From assembly GCF_003334255.1 (NCBI RefSeq), contig NZ_QOWU01000083.1: 11,380 nt of DNA, one strand, 5' to 3'. Each line of letters opens with the position of its first letter. The stretch's first letter is position 1. Below, piece after piece: positions 8,410-11,380 of the stretch. Source of the DNA: Escherichia coli (GTDB taxonomy: Bacteria > Pseudomonadota > Gammaproteobacteria > Enterobacterales > Enterobacteriaceae). The notes below the pieces were generated by a model that ran no database searches, was not told the origin of the DNA, and saw only the letters and a list, made by a program, of their open reading frames with translations. A program made the position numbers and the translations under genes.

Positions 8410-8445
8410 CAAAATTTTTTACCCAAAACCCGGTAAAAAATTTTG
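8410..8445. repeat. Perfect 14-bp inverted repeat (CAAAATTTTTTACC / GGTAAAAAATTTTG) with 8-nt loop
   Basis: 8410-8423 and 8432-8445 are exact reverse complements; an AT-rich stem embedded in GC-rich DNA, immediately after the shared 13-mer TGAACAGCCCACA. Confidence 0.5.
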
Positions 8446-8729
8446 CGTTCTGCCCAGGACAGGTGCGTCAGGCCGTGGCAGTGATGCCCCTTGCGGCGAA
8501 GGTTCTCAAACGGGTGAAGTTCATACCACAGTGAATACAGCAGCAGGTTCCCGCGAAACGTCAAAACCGCGGCTCCCGAAACTCAACGGGTGATGTTCTT
8601 TAAAAATCAGGATTTATTTCAGGCTCCGGCAATACGCATTTATTTGTTCTGTCAGTCATCCGGCTGACAGGTAATGAGAACGCAGGAACAGAAGGAGGAA
8701 AACACCGGAAAGCGTCAGATGCAGATATG

Positions 8730-8753
8730 AAAAAAGCAGGTCAGGCACCTGCT
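8730..8753 (-). terminator. Terminator-like hairpin oriented for the minus strand (stem AGCAGGT/ACCTGCT, followed by T6 on the minus strand)
   Basis: On the + strand: AAAAAA-AGCAGGT-CAGGC-ACCTGCT. On the minus strand this is a 7-bp stem followed by TTTTTT. Located about 75 bp upstream of ATG 8827. Confidence 0.35.
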
Positions 8754-8826
8754 TAATCCACGCCGTAAGAATTGTGCGACCAATTTTGACGGCATTGTTA
8801 ACCAATTTGTCATAAGGAATCCATTT

Positions 8827-9057
8827 ATGACTGTAAGCATTGTTTCACCTTCCGCAGCGGCTGTAAAGCCCCGCCGTCATCCCCGTTTCAGACGCGAAGA
8901 CATCCCCACGCCGGAAATTGACCCCGTGTTGAAAGCCTTCGGGCGACACATAGCCCGGAGTTTTCACCGGGGGCGTGGTGTACACATCCCCGCCATGAAA
9001 AACACGGCTTTCGGGCAGGTGCTCCGCACACTCGAACTGAAACGCGCTTTTAACTGA
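8827..9057 (+). CDS. Hypothetical small basic protein (76 aa)
   Basis: ATG with AAGGA upstream; R/K/H-rich product; co-oriented and followed after 51 bp by the 453-aa gene. No recognisable family. Confidence 0.45.
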   Translation: MTVSIVSPSAAAVKPRRHPRFRREDIPTPEIDPVLKAFGRHIARSFHRGRGVHIPAMKNTAFGQVLRTLELKRAFN

Positions 9058-9065
9058 TGAGGTGA

Positions 9066-9085
9066 GCCGCCCCGCGAGGGGCGGC
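9066..9085. other. Intercistronic GC hairpin (GCCGCCCC-GCGA-GGGGCGGC) directly upstream of an RBS
   Basis: Same 8-bp stem sequence as the hairpin at 7142-7160; followed by AACAGACGGAAGGAGAACATTTTATG. Confidence 0.5.
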
Positions 9086-9108
9086 AACAGACGGAAGGAG
9101 AACATTTT

Positions 9109-10470
9109 ATGACATTAGCAGCAATCACCATGACCGCCCCGGAAGCCGCCAGCCCTGTGCAGATGTACCGCGCGACCTACTCACCGGATGACAACAAACT
9201 GCGCCTGTATGCCGTGTCACGTCTTGACCCGGAGACGTATAAAAAAGTGCATGATGCTGGTTTTCGCTGGGCACCAAAACAGGCGCTGTTTGTCGCGCCA
9301 GCCTGGACACCGGGCCGGGAAGACGTGCTCCTCTCACTTGCCGGAGAGATTGAGGATGAAGACAGCACGCTCGCTGAACGTCAGGAAGCACGGGCGGAGC
9401 GGTTTACCGGATACAGCGGAAAGCGGGCCAGTGAATCCGCACAGGCACTTGATGAAGTGGAAAGACTGGCCGCGATGATCCCGCCCGGTCAGCCCATTCT
9501 TGTGGGGCATCACAGCGAACGCCGCGCCCGTCGTGATGCGCAGCGTATTGAAAACGGCATGAAACGTGCCGTGATGCTCTTTGAACGTGCGGAATACTGG
9601 GAAGAGCGGGCGCGGTCGGCACTGCTTCACGCGAAGTATAAAGAACGTCCGGACGTTCGCTGGCGTCGTATCAAAAAAATCGAAGCTGATTTGCGCAAGG
9701 CTGAAAAGACCATCGCGCAGTCGCAGAAATATCTGACGATGTGGCGGGCTGAATCGCTGGATCTGAATATGGCAAAACTCATCAGCAGTCATGACCATAT
9801 CAGCGCCTGTTTCCCGCTGGATACGTATCCGCGCCCGGCAGAAAAAAGCCAGTATGAAGGGAGCCGGTCGTTATGGTCGGCCCTGGATGATGACATCATC
9901 ACCACGGAGCAGGCCCGCGAAATTGCGATCCGCTGTCATGAACGGCAGATTCAGCATCAGCAACGCTGGGTTAACCACTATCAGAACCGCCTGATCTATG
10001 AGCGTGCCATGCTGGACGAAAGCGGCGGCGTGGTTACCCGGACACAGGATTTTGAGCCGGGCGGACAGGTTTTCAGCCGGGGCGAGTGGCTGACCATCAT
10101 CCGCGTGAACAAAAGCAACGGGGCGGTGAGTTCAGTCACAACGCCGAATTACAGTTTTCTCGGGTACAGCGGCACGATGAAAGTGACGCCCGATCGCATC
10201 ACGGACTACAAAGCACCATCGGCAGAAGAGGCTGCCATCGCCAGCCAGGCCGCGAAGCGTCCGCCGGTAGTCAACTATCCGGGGGAAGGTTTCCGGGAAA
10301 TGACAAAGGCACAGTGGGCCGCCCTGCCCCGGGACTGTAAGGCCGTGCGCAGTGTGGCAGAAGCAGAAGACCACGGGGCATACCGCTACCGCCGCACAAT
10401 GGACAATAATTTCCGCCTGGTGAATGTGTATATCACCGACATGAAAATCACGGAAATCCCACAGAAATAA
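9109..10470 (+). CDS. Conserved plasmid protein of unknown function (453 aa; possibly the DUF3560 family, unverified)
   Basis: Strong RBS AAGGAGA; long ORF with GC-rich codon usage. Central region is highly charged (R/E/K-rich, probably helical). No catalytic motif recognised by eye. Confidence 0.7.
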   Translation: MTLAAITMTAPEAASPVQMYRATYSPDDNKLRLYAVSRLDPETYKKVHDAGFRWAPKQALFVAPAWTPGREDVLLSLAGEIEDEDSTLAERQEARAERFTGYSGKRASESAQALDEVERLAAMIPPGQPILVGHHSERRARRDAQRIENGMKRAVMLFERAEYWEERARSALLHAKYKERPDVRWRRIKKIEADLRKAEKTIAQSQKYLTMWRAESLDLNMAKLISSHDHISACFPLDTYPRPAEKSQYEGSRSLWSALDDDIITTEQAREIAIRCHERQIQHQQRWVNHYQNRLIYERAMLDESGGVVTRTQDFEPGGQVFSRGEWLTIIRVNKSNGAVSSVTTPNYSFLGYSGTMKVTPDRITDYKAPSAEEAAIASQAAKRPPVVNYPGEGFREMTKAQWAALPRDCKAVRSVAEAEDHGAYRYRRTMDNNFRLVNVYITDMKITEIPQK

Positions 10471-10475
10471 GGTAT

Positions 10476-10501
10476 ATCCCCCCGGGAAATCCCCGGGGGA
10501 T
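10476..10501. other. Intercistronic GC stem-loop (ATCCCCC...GGGGGAT) between the 453-aa gene and the downstream methyltransferase
   Basis: 10476-10482 ATCCCCC pairs with 10495-10501 GGGGGAT; the loop contains the palindrome CCCGGG. Followed by RBS GGAGA and ATG 10517. Confidence 0.45.
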
Positions 10502-10516
10502 GACGGAGATAATGAC

Positions 10517-11080
10517 ATGCACAGTCAGTTAAGAGAACGTATCCGGCTGATGCGCGCAAGGCTGGATAACGCCGCGCCGGTTGCTGAAATCCGGGCTGAA
10601 TCTCAGCTTTTTGTGACTCCTGCCCCGGTCTGTGATCGCCTGGTGACGCTGGCGGAAATCAGCAACCGTGATCACATTCTGGAACCCTCTGCCGGCACCG
10701 GGGCCATACTGCGGGCGATTCGGGATACCGCGCCGGAGGCCATGTGTGATGCGGTGGAGATTAACAGCGGGCTGGTCCGGTATCTGCGGGAAAATTTTAA
10801 CGGTGTCAGGGTACAGTGTGGCGACTTCATGGAATGGCAGCCGGTGCAGTATTACAGCCGGATCATTATGAATCCGCCGTTCAGTCACGGGCAGGATATC
10901 CGGCATATCCTGCGGGCTTTTTCCCTGTTGCGTCCGGGGGGCGTGCTGGTTGCCGTCTGTCTCAACGGGCCGCGCCAGCAGGAGAAGCTGTTACCGTTTT
11001 CTGACGTCCGCGAGGAGCTGCCGCGCGGCACGTTTGCTTATACCGATGTCCCGACGATGATTATTCGTTTGCGTGCCTGA
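10517..11080 (+). CDS. Small class I SAM-dependent methyltransferase with amino-methyltransferase NPPF motif (putative orphan DNA or RNA methyltransferase)
   Basis: 187 aa. Motif I-like LEPSAGTGAIL followed about 55 residues later by IMNPPFS (the (D/N)PP(F/Y) motif IV), i.e. a gamma-like order. Too short for a separate target-recognition domain. RBS GGAGA 7 nt upstream. Confidence 0.75.
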   Translation: MHSQLRERIRLMRARLDNAAPVAEIRAESQLFVTPAPVCDRLVTLAEISNRDHILEPSAGTGAILRAIRDTAPEAMCDAVEINSGLVRYLRENFNGVRVQCGDFMEWQPVQYYSRIIMNPPFSHGQDIRHILRAFSLLRPGGVLVAVCLNGPRQQEKLLPFSDVREELPRGTFAYTDVPTMIIRLRA

Positions 11081-11246
11081 TGACACAGGGCTGGCGGGAG
11101 GATAAATGCCCGTCTGTCCGCACCGGGAAAAGACCGCGCGCCGGTGGCGCTGAAAGGGGCCGCGCTCACGCGCCGCCCCTTTCATTACGCGGACGTTCTG
11201 ATGGGGGCTTCTGTCTTTTCAGACCTGTCATTTGTCTGTTACTGAT

Positions 11247-11380
11247 GATGTTGTTGTTCCTGCTACTGCTACTGCTACTGCTACTGCTCTTCTTTTTCCT
11301 GCCGCTCTGATTCTGACTACTGCAGTGTTGTCCTGTCTGCCGGGCGCACCTTCGGCTCCCGGCTGCCTGGCGGCATCCGG
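11247..11380. repeat. Copy 2 of the repeated leading-region element, truncated by the window end; contains a (TGCTAC)4-5 microsatellite insertion relative to copy 1
   Basis: 11304-11380 matches 7982-8058 (76/77). Between the shared GATGTTGTTGTTCC and the core there are tandem hexamers TGCTAC x4 plus TGCTC (11261-11289) that are absent from copy 1. Confidence 0.6.

Larger units (their letters stand above)
7790..8826 (+). promoter_or_regulatory. About 1-kb untranslated region containing repeat copy 1, a 14-bp perfect inverted repeat and a minus-strand terminator-like hairpin; candidate ssDNA promoter/ssi or ncRNA locus
   Basis: No credible ORF with RBS across 1037 bp despite high GC; the ORF-track frames here overlap on both strands and are R/P/A-rich. 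Contains the elements listed separately at 7958-8058, 8410-8445 and 8730-8753. Confidence 0.35.

Noticed and set aside
7995-8564. Cluster of overlapping ORFs on both strands (for example 8062-8412 -, 8155-8397 +, 8307-8564 -) in the 1-kb untranslated region
   Set aside because: High-GC artefacts; overlapping frames, no start context, R/P/A/G-rich products. The region is better explained by structured non-coding elements.
8786-8815. TTGACG hexamer as a possible -35 for the 8827 ORF
   Set aside because: No acceptable -10 at 16-18 bp spacing, and the site would lie only about 35 nt from the ATG. Not supported as a promoter.
11080-11310. ORF 11080-11310 (+) ending in a poly-leucine tract
   Set aside because: The poly-Leu arises from translating the (TGCTAC)n microsatellite inside the repeated element. 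No RBS. Not a gene.

Overview
This window reads as enterobacterial conjugative-plasmid DNA with an IncF/R1-R100-like backbone, judged from recognisable ParM/ParR and leading-region gene content. All family assignments come from reading the translated ORFs and recalling known families; no search was run. The window has three compositional blocks. (i) 1-2270 is AT-rich and poorly coding, with a start-less Schlafen/AlbA_2-like ORF, two small divergent ORFs and a perfect 18-bp hairpin terminator. (ii) 2277-3772 is the classic parMRC actin-type partition cassette on the minus strand (ParR, ParM, parC iterons). (iii) 3773-11380 is GC-rich with every plausible gene on the + strand: a beta-class N6A/N4C orphan DNA methyltransferase, a KlcA/ArdB-type antirestriction protein, a small SAM methyltransferase with an NPPF motif, two paralogous ~140-aa proteins, 275-aa and 453-aa proteins of unknown function, and several small translationally coupled ORFs. 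These are separated by long GC-rich untranslated regions, GC hairpins, and a repeated element at 7958-8058 and 11247-11380 (the second copy runs off the window and carries a hexanucleotide microsatellite). I interpret block iii as the distal part of a plasmid leading-region anti-defence/establishment island with candidate single-strand promoter (Frpo/ssi-like) elements. Its uncharacterised ORFs are the best candidates for an undescribed anti-defence function. No rRNA, tRNA, CRISPR array or IS element was recognised.
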